From contig JAQVRJ010000001.1 in NCBI GenBank assembly GCA_028701115.1, forward strand, positions 1 through 59,524: a DNA stretch of 59,524 bases, read 5' to 3'. The position numbers were made by a program, and so were the translations under genes. The notes beneath the pieces are model-generated. The model searched no databases. It was not told where the DNA came from and saw only the letters and a list, made by a program, of their open reading frames with translations. This document shows positions 1 through 7,650 of this stretch, piece after piece (positions within the stretch are counted from its first letter, which is position 1; every line of letters starts with the position of its first letter). The stretch is from Clostridia bacterium. Its GTDB lineage: Bacteria > Bacillota > Clostridia > TANB77 > SIG350.

Positions 1-60
1 TTTCGTGTTGGTTTGACACTTACATTATACTGGATTGTCTATGTTTTTTATATAGTTTTT

Positions 61-110
61 TTAAAAAAAGATAAAAAACTAGTAGGTAAATCTTTTATGA
101 TTTGCCTACT
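61..110 (-). terminator. rho-independent terminator after the pilin-like ORF
   Basis: Hairpin agtaggtaaatc (81-92) / gatttgcctact (99-110) with one G-U pair. A T-rich run follows on the minus strand (61-80). Confidence 0.5.
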
Positions 111-116
111 AATATT

Positions 117-269
117 TTACACTAACGCTATATTGTTATAAAATACTGCTAATTGAGCTGTTTGGGGAGTATTAACGCTTGTTAATACAACTGCAGCAAC
201 AAGAATTATTAAAACGATTATTGTAACTATTAAAGCAATTAAGCTTATACCTTTATTACTATTTGACAT
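117..269 (-). CDS. 50-aa pilin-like (prepilin-type N-terminus) small protein, below the ORF-track size cutoff
   Basis: Hand translation gives MSNSNKGISLIALIVTIIVLIILVAAVVLTSVNTPQTAQLAVFYNNIALV. The SD AGGGGG lies 5 nt upstream of the ATG. K-G followed by a hydrophobic helix resembles a type IV prepilin leader, but Ala replaces Glu at +5. The ORF has its own terminator. Confidence 0.55.
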   Translation of the reverse strand: MSNSNKGISLIALIVTIIVLIILVAAVVLTSVNTPQTAQLAVFYNNIALV

Positions 270-334
270 ATGTGCCCCCTATAATTATTTATTATTTTTA
301 ATATATCATAAATATTTTAAAAATTCAATATATT

Positions 335-369
335 AGACATAAAAGAAGTATACCAGCGGTATACTTCTT
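335..369 (-). terminator. rho-independent terminator after the dnaI-like gene
   Basis: Perfect 12-bp stem aagaagtatacc (343-354) / ggtatacttctt (358-369) starts 4 nt after the stop codon, then TTTA on the minus strand. Confidence 0.6.
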
Positions 370-372
370 AAT

Positions 373-1347
373 TTATCTATTTTTAATTCGAATATCTTCA
401 CCAATAAATTTTAGTAATGAGTAATTAGCAATAATTCTTGAAACGATTCTATCATCATATTTGCTTTGTAATTCATCTAAGTTCAGATTGGTTGATATAA
501 TTGTTTTTTTAGAATTAATTAATCGTGTATTTATTATCGTAAATAGTTCTTCAAATCTCATACTGTTGGTAAATTCTACTCCTAAATCATCGATTATTAA
601 TAAATCAACTTTAAATACTTCATTATATAATTTATTATTCCCTTTATTGTTTATTTTATCGTCAATTAATGAGTTTATTAGTAGTGGTGCCGTTTGGTAT
701 AAAACAGTTTTTTGCATTTTTAATAATTCATTAGCAATACAACTAGATAAATATGTTTTGCCAAGACCTGTTGGGCCAAATAAAAATAAATTTTTTTGTT
801 TACTAGAATTAAAGTTTTTAATAAAGTTTTTAGCTTCTTTTTGAATATTTTTTATGTTATTTCTTGGAGATATACCATATTTTATATCTACCTCATCGCT
901 AAATATGTTTAAATTAAAATTATTGAAATTTTGTTCATTAAAATTTAATAAGTTTGAATCATTATATAAATCATTTATTAATTGTTGTATAAAACAATTA
1001 CATTTTTGGTTATTAACATATCCTGTATCATTGCATTTTAAACATTCGAATTTTGGTTCAAGATCGCTTAAAGAAATATTTGCTTGTTTTAACAATGATT
1101 CTTTTTCTTTAGTTAAAATATTTATATTATCTTCTAAACTTTGTACATAGCTATTTTTTTCATTGCTTTCTGCTAAAAGAATAGACTTTGCAGACTTGAT
1201 AGCACATGTTTTTATTTCATTTTCAATATCTCTTAATCTAGGTATTTGATTAAAAATTTTTTCTTTTTTTTGAGCTAAGTTATAAAAAGCATTATTCCTT
1301 TTTTGTTCATATGTAGCCATAATATTTTTAATAGTTGATGCAGACAT
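373..1347 (-). CDS. dnaI: DnaI/DnaC-type replicative helicase loader (AAA+ ATPase)
   Basis: Walker A is GPTGLGKT and Walker B is LLIIDDLG. An N-terminal Cys cluster (CLKCNDTGY..CNC) resembles the DnaI zinc domain. The start codon abuts the stop of the upstream DnaD-domain gene. Confidence 0.8.
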   Translation of the reverse strand: MSASTIKNIMATYEQKRNNAFYNLAQKKEKIFNQIPRLRDIENEIKTCAIKSAKSILLAESNEKNSYVQSLEDNINILTKEKESLLKQANISLSDLEPKFECLKCNDTGYVNNQKCNCFIQQLINDLYNDSNLLNFNEQNFNNFNLNIFSDEVDIKYGISPRNNIKNIQKEAKNFIKNFNSSKQKNLFLFGPTGLGKTYLSSCIANELLKMQKTVLYQTAPLLINSLIDDKINNKGNNKLYNEVFKVDLLIIDDLGVEFTNSMRFEELFTIINTRLINSKKTIISTNLNLDELQSKYDDRIVSRIIANYSLLKFIGEDIRIKNR

Positions 1348-2325
1348 TTATTCACCGCCTACTTTAATGTTATCGCAAAATTGATCAAGGTTATTTAATT
1401 GTCTTTTGGTATAACCATTCAATTTGTTTTCTTTTGTAAATTGTTTAATAAATTTATCTTTTTCATTAAAATCTTTACTAAAATTATTTATTTGTTCAAT
1501 TGTTTTTAAAGAGTGTTCATGCCAATCTGAAAGTATCTTATCTATATATGTAAAACTAGGATTCGTTTTTGATGTAGTCTTTTTTAATGCTAATTCTATT
1601 ATGTCTAAACTGTATTTGTAATCGTTTGACCATTTATCTACATATGCTTCTTCATATTCAGTAAGGTTTCTATTTAATCCTAATTTTTTAGCAATCTGTT
1701 TTTTAAGTTTTGTTTTAGTTTCATAATTCATAAAATATCTTTCTAGGTCATCAAATGATTTAATTCTATTTTGATTCCAAGTATTTGCAACAGCCATTGC
1801 ATATTTATGATTTAATGTTCCTTTACCATAACAATCATTTATTAAAGCAATAACAACTTCGTTTTCAAAGCCATATTTCTCAAACATCATGTCGATATCT
1901 GTAAACCATGATGGAGACATGGTGCCATGAAAATATGTGTTATTAATTGTAGTAATTGCTTTTAATCTATCTTTATTATTTTCTGCATTTTTAACAGCAT
2001 CTTCAAGAGATGATGTTAGTTTTGGAGAATAAAGATTGTTTAATTCTATTTCTCTAATATCTTTGATAATATAGCCATTTGGTTTCTTTAATACTAATTC
2101 AAGCTTATCCAATTTTTCAAAACTTGATTTAATAACTTCAACAGTTGAACCTAATCTTTTAGATAAATCAAGAATAGTAAAATCTATATTATTTTTTTGG
2201 GCAAACAAAAGGTATAGATAAACTTTTATGCTATCACTATCTAATAATTGCATATAATCTGATATAAATATTTCTGGTATGTCTATTGAAGAAAATAGAC
2301 GCATTTCGTGTTTTTCTAGTTCCAT
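1348..2325 (-). CDS. DnaD-domain replication initiation/primosome protein (DnaB/DnaD-like)
   Basis: 325 aa. It has a winged-helix-like N-terminus and a DnaD-type C-terminal repeat pattern (YFMNYE, WSNDY, ILSDWHEHSLKT). It is translationally coupled to the helicase loader. Confidence 0.7.
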   Translation of the reverse strand: MELEKHEMRLFSSIDIPEIFISDYMQLLDSDSIKVYLYLLFAQKNNIDFTILDLSKRLGSTVEVIKSSFEKLDKLELVLKKPNGYIIKDIREIELNNLYSPKLTSSLEDAVKNAENNKDRLKAITTINNTYFHGTMSPSWFTDIDMMFEKYGFENEVVIALINDCYGKGTLNHKYAMAVANTWNQNRIKSFDDLERYFMNYETKTKLKKQIAKKLGLNRNLTEYEEAYVDKWSNDYKYSLDIIELALKKTTSKTNPSFTYIDKILSDWHEHSLKTIEQINNFSKDFNEKDKFIKQFTKENKLNGYTKRQLNNLDQFCDNIKVGGE

Positions 2326-2348
2326 TTTATCGCCTCTCTTTTCTACAA

Positions 2349-2377
2349 ATTATATCATTATTTAATATGATATGCAA
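2349..2377 (-). promoter_or_regulatory. sigma-A type promoter for dnaD-dnaI
   Basis: The minus strand reads TTGCAT-N17-TATAAT (-35 at 2372-2377, -10 at 2349-2354). It starts immediately after the stop codon of the upstream 131-aa ORF. Confidence 0.6.
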
Positions 2378-2773
2378 TCAATATTTTGTAATTTCTCTTT
2401 TTTTAGAGTATACATAAGTATTAGAGGATAAATAATATTTTATTGCATAAAAAACATATAAATGTATGTTGTCTATACGTGCAAAGATTATATTAAAAAG
2501 CAAGATAGGGAATGTAGTAAAGAATATGCCATATATTTTTATTGTTATTGAAATGTTAAGCTTATAAATTATGTAAACTATAGGAATACATATGCCTAAA
2601 GAAATAAATATAGTTATATAATTAAAAATTCCTAAGAATTTAGGCTGGACATCATAATTTTGGTATACTATTTTAGTATTATCTTTTTGGGTTATTTTAA
2701 TTACCTCCTTTTCCAATAGATTTAAAAATAGATGAAGATATGTTAGAATTTTTAGAAAAGTTAAAACCACCAA
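2378..2773 (-). CDS. small two-TM membrane protein, PrgI/VirB3-like (start uncertain)
   Basis: There are two hydrophobic helices after a short polar N-terminus, and the gene sits right after the VirB6-like gene. The ATG at 2773 overlaps the upstream gene by 77 nt. A GGAGG lies at the upstream stop, but only ATT/ATA codons follow it in frame. Confidence 0.4.
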   Translation of the reverse strand: MVVLTFLKILTYLHLFLNLLEKEVIKITQKDNTKIVYQNYDVQPKFLGIFNYITIFISLGICIPIVYIIYKLNISITIKIYGIFFTTFPILLFNIIFARIDNIHLYVFYAIKYYLSSNTYVYSKKREITKY

Positions 2774-3608
2774 TTATTTCTTGAATATATGAATTGAGCT
2801 TAAATAATAATAAAATACTACCAATTATTAAAAGTTTTGAATATGTAGTGTTTTCAAGACTTAAGATATGTGGAATATATAATACTATAATAATAAAGTT
2901 TTGTGTAATTAGTAATACAAAAAAGTATTTTAACCAGCTAAAAAAGTATTGTTGTAAATTATCTTGTAATAAGCAAATTATAAAAAAGGGCGAACATAAT
3001 ATAAGAACTTTTATAAGAATAAAACGAATAATATAAGATATTAAAAGAGATATAGAGCCAAAAGTAATTATAGATTTTATTATTCCGTCAATAGAAAATA
3101 TATTTGTTGTGTTGCTATTAGATATGTATGTATTTATATTATTAGCGAAGTTTAAAAAAGAAATTTTACTATTAAATAAGTATTCCCCTAATTGTAAAAG
3201 AAATTCTGTAATGAGATAATTAAAATTGATTAAAGATTCACAAATAAATAAACATGAATTTGCACATATAATAATAAAAATTGCTTTAAGAATATACAAC
3301 AATATGAATTCTGTTTCTTGGCTAGTGTAATATGAGCTAATTATTTTAATAACTTTATATATAAATATAAAGCCAACTAAAATGTTAATTAGTATTAGTA
3401 AATTAAAATTATCAGAAAAAAATATTTGCCTTATATTTTCATCTATAATATTATTGCTTGTCAAAATGACAATGTTATCTAAAAGATTGTATATAGTATT
3501 ATCTATGGATGAAAATAAAGTATTAAATATGTTTTGAACTATATCAGTTATAACTGATAGTAGTTGTTCGGTAGAGATTGAGTTATCGGTAGTTTCAGTG
3601 TTTTCCAT
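2697..3608 (-). CDS. polytopic membrane protein, VirB6/TrbL-like
   Basis: 303 aa. A polar N-terminal segment is followed by five or more hydrophobic helices. The gene sits between the VirB2-like and PrgI-like genes. Confidence 0.5.
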   Translation of the reverse strand: MENTETTDNSISTEQLLSVITDIVQNIFNTLFSSIDNTIYNLLDNIVILTSNNIIDENIRQIFFSDNFNLLILINILVGFIFIYKVIKIISSYYTSQETEFILLYILKAIFIIICANSCLFICESLINFNYLITEFLLQLGEYLFNSKISFLNFANNINTYISNSNTTNIFSIDGIIKSIITFGSISLLISYIIRFILIKVLILCSPFFIICLLQDNLQQYFFSWLKYFFVLLITQNFIIIVLYIPHILSLENTTYSKLLIIGSILLLFKLNSYIQEIIGGFNFSKNSNISSSIFKSIGKGGN

Positions 3609-3611
3609 ATA

Positions 3612-3920
3612 TTAACCTATTAAAGATTGTATTGCTTTTAGTATTAGATCAACAGCAAGTATAAAACCATATGAAAATAATGTTGTTCGTATAAGTTTTT
3701 TACCTTTCATTATTCTATCTTCATCACCAAAGCTAAACTTTGTTATAAATATCCCAGTACCGATAGCAACAGCTGCTGCAGGAGTTGCTAATTTTATCAT
3801 CCATTCAGTTATTTTTTTTAATGCTGAATTAAGTTTATTAATAATAGTTGGATCACCACAATAGGCAATAGTTGCAAATGAGATAATGAATATTGTAACT
3901 AAAATAAGTAAGAAAAACAT
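3612..3920 (-). CDS. TrbC/VirB2-like (or Maff2-like) small membrane protein
   Basis: 102 aa. A signal-like N-terminus (FATIAYC) is followed by two hydrophobic helices separated by a charged loop (KFSFGDEDRIMKGKK), which is the architecture of T4SS pilin subunits. Confidence 0.5.
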   Translation of the reverse strand: MFFLLILVTIFIISFATIAYCGDPTIINKLNSALKKITEWMIKLATPAAAVAIGTGIFITKFSFGDEDRIMKGKKLIRTTLFSYGFILAVDLILKAIQSLIG

Positions 3921-3941
3921 TTTAGATTTTTTAATATAATA

Positions 3942-5576
3942 TCACTCCTTTTCAAAATATGGATGAAGATTTAGTTTCATTGGTAATAGCATATTATTTC
4001 CTGAAGATAAATAGCAAATTGCTTGAAAAGTTTTTAAGTTTAATGAAAAGTCTTTTATATCAAATACATAGTCTGTACAAGTATATGTAGAGCGAGATTG
4101 TGAAATATTAGACTTTTTTGAACGCATAATATTTAAAAGATAGTTATAATTAGTTTCTTGAGCATTTTCACTTACATTTTTACTTATTTTAATTTTTTCT
4201 TCTTTCCCAAATAGTTTTTGAGCTTGTTCGATAGTGTATATATCATCAGTTCTTAAAAATATTTTATTAATACAACTTTGGGTTATTATATTCAACTGCT
4301 GTTCATTTCCTAATGTATTTAAAAGTGAAGAATAGCTTTGAGTAGATATAATATTTATGCATTTAAATTCTCTACTTAAAGATAAAAAGTTAGCATCATT
4401 GCTAGTTATATATTCTTGGTATTCATCTGATAAAAATAAAGATGGTGATGTAATAGGTTGTTTTCTTTTTAATACTTCATATTGAAATTCAAGTTTTAAA
4501 TATGTAGCTATAATTTTAGTAAGGTTTTGGTATTCGCCAATTGGAATATTAAGAATTAGAAAAGTATTATCTGTGAAGATATCTTCAAAACTAAATGTAA
4601 AAGAGTTATCTTTAGATGGCGAGAATGTATTACAAATATCTTCATCATTTGTAATAGTAGAAGTTAATCTAGAAATTTCAGATAGAATTATAGATTGAAT
4701 TCTTGAATCAAGATTTTCATATTCGTTTTGAAAATATGAAAGTATAGAATTTAAATCATATTGCATACTATGTGTAAGTTTGTTACTAAGAAATAAGGTT
4801 TTAACATAATGCATTTTTTCAAGTATATATTGTTTTGATGATATAATTTTGTGCAATTCAGTAAAGTTAACATATCCATTATTATATAATCGTATAAGTT
4901 TTATTGATTCTGTAAGCATTTGTCCTGCTTTATCAAACCAATATGTATCAGTATTTTTTGTATTTGAAAAAAGTTTTAGAATTGTTATTAGTCTGTCAGA
5001 TAATATATATGGTTTTAGTAAAGGTCTATTTAATGGATTATATGTATATTTACCAGCAACTTCAATTACTATGATATGATGTTTGCAATTCATAGTATTA
5101 ATGGTATTAAACATATTACCTTTAACATCTAGTATTAAGCCAGACATATTATCTATTTTTAATAATTGATTTAGAAAAGGAAAAATAGTTGAAGATGTTT
5201 TTCCAGAACCAATAGAACCTGTTATAAGAATATTTTGGTATAAAGCTACTAATGGAAGATATATTTTATTATTTTCATTATTTGTACCAATAAATAAGCC
5301 ACTTGTGTTACCAGTATTTTTTTGGTTTAATGAAATATTTTTTAAATTTAGCGAGCGATATATAACAATGGATATTATTATATACATTACATTTGTTGTA
5401 AATGGGAAAATAGTTTTTATACATAATAAGATAAAATCATAATTCAGGGGTAATAAAGATAATTCGGAAAAATTAATATTTGCAGAATAGACAGATGAAA
5501 ACGCTTTCAAAAGAATATATGTATGCAATAAAGGATTAAAAACTATTATTAGTAAAAATATTAGTATTTTTTTCAT
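3942..5576 (-). CDS. VirD4/TraG/TraD-family type IV coupling protein (ATPase)
   Basis: Two N-terminal TM helices, Walker A GSIGSGKT and a Walker B-like LFLSDEYQEY. T4CP-like blocks are present (YWFDKAGQML, ISTQSYSSL). The SD is GAAGGTGA. Confidence 0.7.
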   Translation of the reverse strand: MKKILIFLLIIVFNPLLHTYILLKAFSSVYSANINFSELSLLPLNYDFILLCIKTIFPFTTNVMYIIISIVIYRSLNLKNISLNQKNTGNTSGLFIGTNNENNKIYLPLVALYQNILITGSIGSGKTSSTIFPFLNQLLKIDNMSGLILDVKGNMFNTINTMNCKHHIIVIEVAGKYTYNPLNRPLLKPYILSDRLITILKLFSNTKNTDTYWFDKAGQMLTESIKLIRLYNNGYVNFTELHKIISSKQYILEKMHYVKTLFLSNKLTHSMQYDLNSILSYFQNEYENLDSRIQSIILSEISRLTSTITNDEDICNTFSPSKDNSFTFSFEDIFTDNTFLILNIPIGEYQNLTKIIATYLKLEFQYEVLKRKQPITSPSLFLSDEYQEYITSNDANFLSLSREFKCINIISTQSYSSLLNTLGNEQQLNIITQSCINKIFLRTDDIYTIEQAQKLFGKEEKIKISKNVSENAQETNYNYLLNIMRSKKSNISQSRSTYTCTDYVFDIKDFSLNLKTFQAICYLSSGNNMLLPMKLNLHPYFEKE

Positions 5577-5827
5577 AAATCACCTTCTAGAATATTTTTT
5601 AGTTTTGAACCTTGTTTTTCAAGTAAAATATAAGTTGATAAAATATCATAGATAAAAATTAATGAGACAACTATACTAAGAACTGTAAAACAAAACATAA
5701 ATATAAACATACTTAATGAATCAAGAAAAAAGGGGATAATAAGAAATAACATTGAATGAAAAGTAAAGATAAAGATTTTAATAAATATGAGCTGCACCTC
5801 CTTCCATATTTTACCATAGTATATCAT
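5573..5827 (-). CDS. small hydrophobic membrane protein, first gene of the T4SS-like module
   Basis: 84 aa with 2-3 predicted helices. It has a 4-nt ATGA overlap with the VirD4-like gene. No clear SD. Confidence 0.4.
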   Translation of the reverse strand: MIYYGKIWKEVQLIFIKIFIFTFHSMLFLIIPFFLDSLSMFIFMFCFTVLSIVVSLIFIYDILSTYILLEKQGSKLKNILEGDL

Positions 5828-5942
5828 TTCAATAAGTTTTTGTCTATATATTTCATAATATTCTTGAAATATATAGTATATTGAATTTGTAAAATAAATT
5901 ATTAATTAATTATTTTAGCATAAATATGCTAAAGAGGTAAAA

Positions 5943-6122
5943 ATGATATCATCAGGATCAATGTTATTAGTAGTATTGATGTTAATATTGGTTGGCGCAA
6001 TTGTATATTTGTTGTATTACAAAATAGTATGCAAATTTGTAAAAAACAAAACGTTAAGGACAATTGCAATTGTAATTCTTTTTGCTATATTTGTGATAAT
6101 GTTATTTACAGCATTTTATTAA
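5943..6122 (+). CDS. 59-aa two-helix membrane peptide (not in the ORF track)
   Basis: Hand translation gives MISSGSMLLVVLMLILVGAIVYLLYYKIVCKFVKNKTLRTIAIVILFAIFVIMLFTAFY. The SD AAAGAGG lies 6-7 nt upstream, and a palindrome lies just before it. Confidence 0.35.
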   Translation: MISSGSMLLVVLMLILVGAIVYLLYYKIVCKFVKNKTLRTIAIVILFAIFVIMLFTAFY

Positions 6123-6328
6123 GCATTTTTGTCATTATTGATTGGTTCAATATGTATGTTCGTATTATATGCTATATATAATTAGATTGAAATAATACAA
6201 TAAGAGTGTTCTATATTAGAATACTCATTAAAATATATACACATTAAATAATTAAGGTATAATAATTTAGTAAAAGTGAATTTAAAAATATTGAAAGATA
6301 TTATTTTACAAGTATATTTTTTATTAAT

Positions 6329-6357
6329 TTGACAAATTGTAATGATTATAGTAATAT
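6329..6357 (+). promoter_or_regulatory. promoter with an overlapping PerR/Fur-type box upstream of the oxidative-stress genes
   Basis: TTGACA (6329-6334)-N17-TAATAT (6352-6357). The spacer contains TTGTAATGATTATAG (6337-6351), which matches the 7-1-7 consensus TTATAATNATTATAA at 13 of 15 positions. Confidence 0.45.
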
Positions 6358-6396
6358 GTACCTGTCGTTATAATTTTAAATTAGGAAGGTGAAAAA

Positions 6397-6597
6397 ATGA
6401 AAGAAATAACAAAAGACATGTTAATATCTGAAATATTAGATATTAATAAGGAGTTAGCAGAAGTGTTAATGCAAGCAGGAATGCATTGCGTAGGCTGCGC
6501 AGCAGCTAGTGGTGAATCATTACAAGAAGCTTGTGATGTTCATGGTATCGATGTAGATGATTTAGTAGAAAAATTAAACTACTATAATGCGGAATAA
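6397..6597 (+). CDS. DUF1858-type small redox/disulfide protein (hybrid-cluster-protein-associated domain)
   Basis: 66 aa with MHCVGCAAASGESLQEAC, the typical motif of this family. The SD is AGGAAGGTGA. Confidence 0.65.
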   Translation: MKEITKDMLISEILDINKELAEVLMQAGMHCVGCAAASGESLQEACDVHGIDVDDLVEKLNYYNAE

Positions 6598-6710
6598 TTG
6601 TAAATAAATAAAGAATCTAGAGATAGATTCTTTATTTATTGTATTGAAATTTTGAAATAGAAAATATATAATGTATTAAATAAAATATATCTGAAAGTGA
6701 GGTAATAATT

Positions 6711-7250
6711 ATGGAATTAAAAGGATCAAAAACTGAAGCCAATTTAATGGCTGCATTTGCTGGTGAATCACAAGCAAGAAATAAATATACATATTATTCA
6801 TCAAAAGCTAAAAAGGATGGATATGAACAAATAGCTGCTATATTTGAAGAAACTGCAGAAAATGAGAAAGAGCATGCAAAAATGTGGTTTAAGCTATTAC
6901 ATGATGGAGAAGTACCAGGAACGGTTGAAAATTTAAAAGATGCAGTTGCTGGAGAAAACTTTGAATGGACAGATATGTATGCTGGTTTTGCAAAAATAGC
7001 AAAAGATGAAGGCTTTGATAAAATTGCATATTTATTTGAAGAAGTTGGTAAAATAGAAAAAGAACATGAAGAAAGATATAAGCAATTATTAGAAAATGTA
7101 GAAGATGAAAAAGTATTTGCTAGGGGAAATATCAAAATATGGAAATGTAGGAATTGTGGGCACATTCATATTGCGGTTAATGCACCGGCTCTTTGTCCAG
7201 TATGCGATCATCCGCAAGCCTTTTTTGAAATTAAAGCAGAAAACTTTTAG
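6711..7250 (+). CDS. rbr: rubrerythrin
   Basis: An N-terminal ferritin-like diiron domain (ExxH motifs [16 protein letters not shown]) is followed by a C-terminal rubredoxin CRNCGH..CPVCDHP. Confidence 0.9.
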   Translation: MELKGSKTEANLMAAFAGESQARNKYTYYSSKAKKDGYEQIAAIFEETAENEKEHAKMWFKLLHDGEVPGTVENLKDAVAGENFEWTDMYAGFAKIAKDEGFDKIAYLFEEVGKIEKEHEERYKQLLENVEDEKVFARGNIKIWKCRNCGHIHIAVNAPALCPVCDHPQAFFEIKAENF

Positions 7251-7262
7251 ATTGGAGAGAAT

Positions 7263-7604
7263 ATGGAACAAAATGTTAGATTTTATATCTGTCCAGTTTG
7301 TAAAAACCAAATTGGCATGATACATCATAGTGGCAAAAATGTTTGTTGTTGTAATCAAGAAATGCAACTTATGGAATCACAGGATGGTTCTAATGAATTA
7401 ACATATAAAATAGATAATAATAAAATTATTATTAGTACAAATAGTAATAAAATATTATGGATAGCATTAGTTGGTAACAATAAGACAATTAGAAAAACTT
7501 TAGAGTATTATGAAAATGATATAGCTTTTGAAAATATACCTGAATCAACTATATATGCATATAGTTCTGAAAAAGGGTTATTAAGACTTGAAGTAAAAAG
7601 TTAG
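7263..7604 (+). CDS. desulfoferrodoxin-like protein with an intact N-terminal desulforedoxin Cys4 site and a degenerate C-terminal domain
   Basis: FYICPVCKNQIGMIHHSGKNVCCCNQEMQLM aligns with the Dfx centre I motif. The remaining ~75 aa lack the His/Cys ligands of centre II. Confidence 0.6.
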   Translation: MEQNVRFYICPVCKNQIGMIHHSGKNVCCCNQEMQLMESQDGSNELTYKIDNNKIIISTNSNKILWIALVGNNKTIRKTLEYYENDIAFENIPESTIYAYSSEKGLLRLEVKS

Positions 7605-7650
7605 AGAAAACTCTAACTTTTTTTAAGCAAAAATACAAAGGAGAGACATA

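Larger units (their letters stand above)
2378..5827 (-). mobile_element. partial type IV secretion (conjugation-like) gene module, possibly a remnant of an integrative conjugative element
   Basis: Five tightly packed co-directional genes: a small membrane protein, a VirD4-like ATPase, a VirB2-like protein, a VirB6-like protein and a PrgI/VirB3-like protein. No VirB4, relaxase or integrase is present in the window. Confidence 0.45.

Noticed and set aside
461-1150. Plus-strand ORFs 461-844 and 854-1150.
   Set aside because: They are antisense to the helicase-loader gene, with low-complexity translations and no SD.
373-2325. Whether the DnaD-domain plus DnaC-like ATPase pair is a phage or ICE replication module belonging to the T4SS-like element.
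   Set aside because: I rejected this only weakly. The pair has its own near-consensus promoter and terminator, and the loader has a DnaI-type N-terminal Cys cluster. An adjacent DnaD-like/loader pair of this size is the usual core arrangement in Clostridia. A second chromosomal copy elsewhere would reverse this call.
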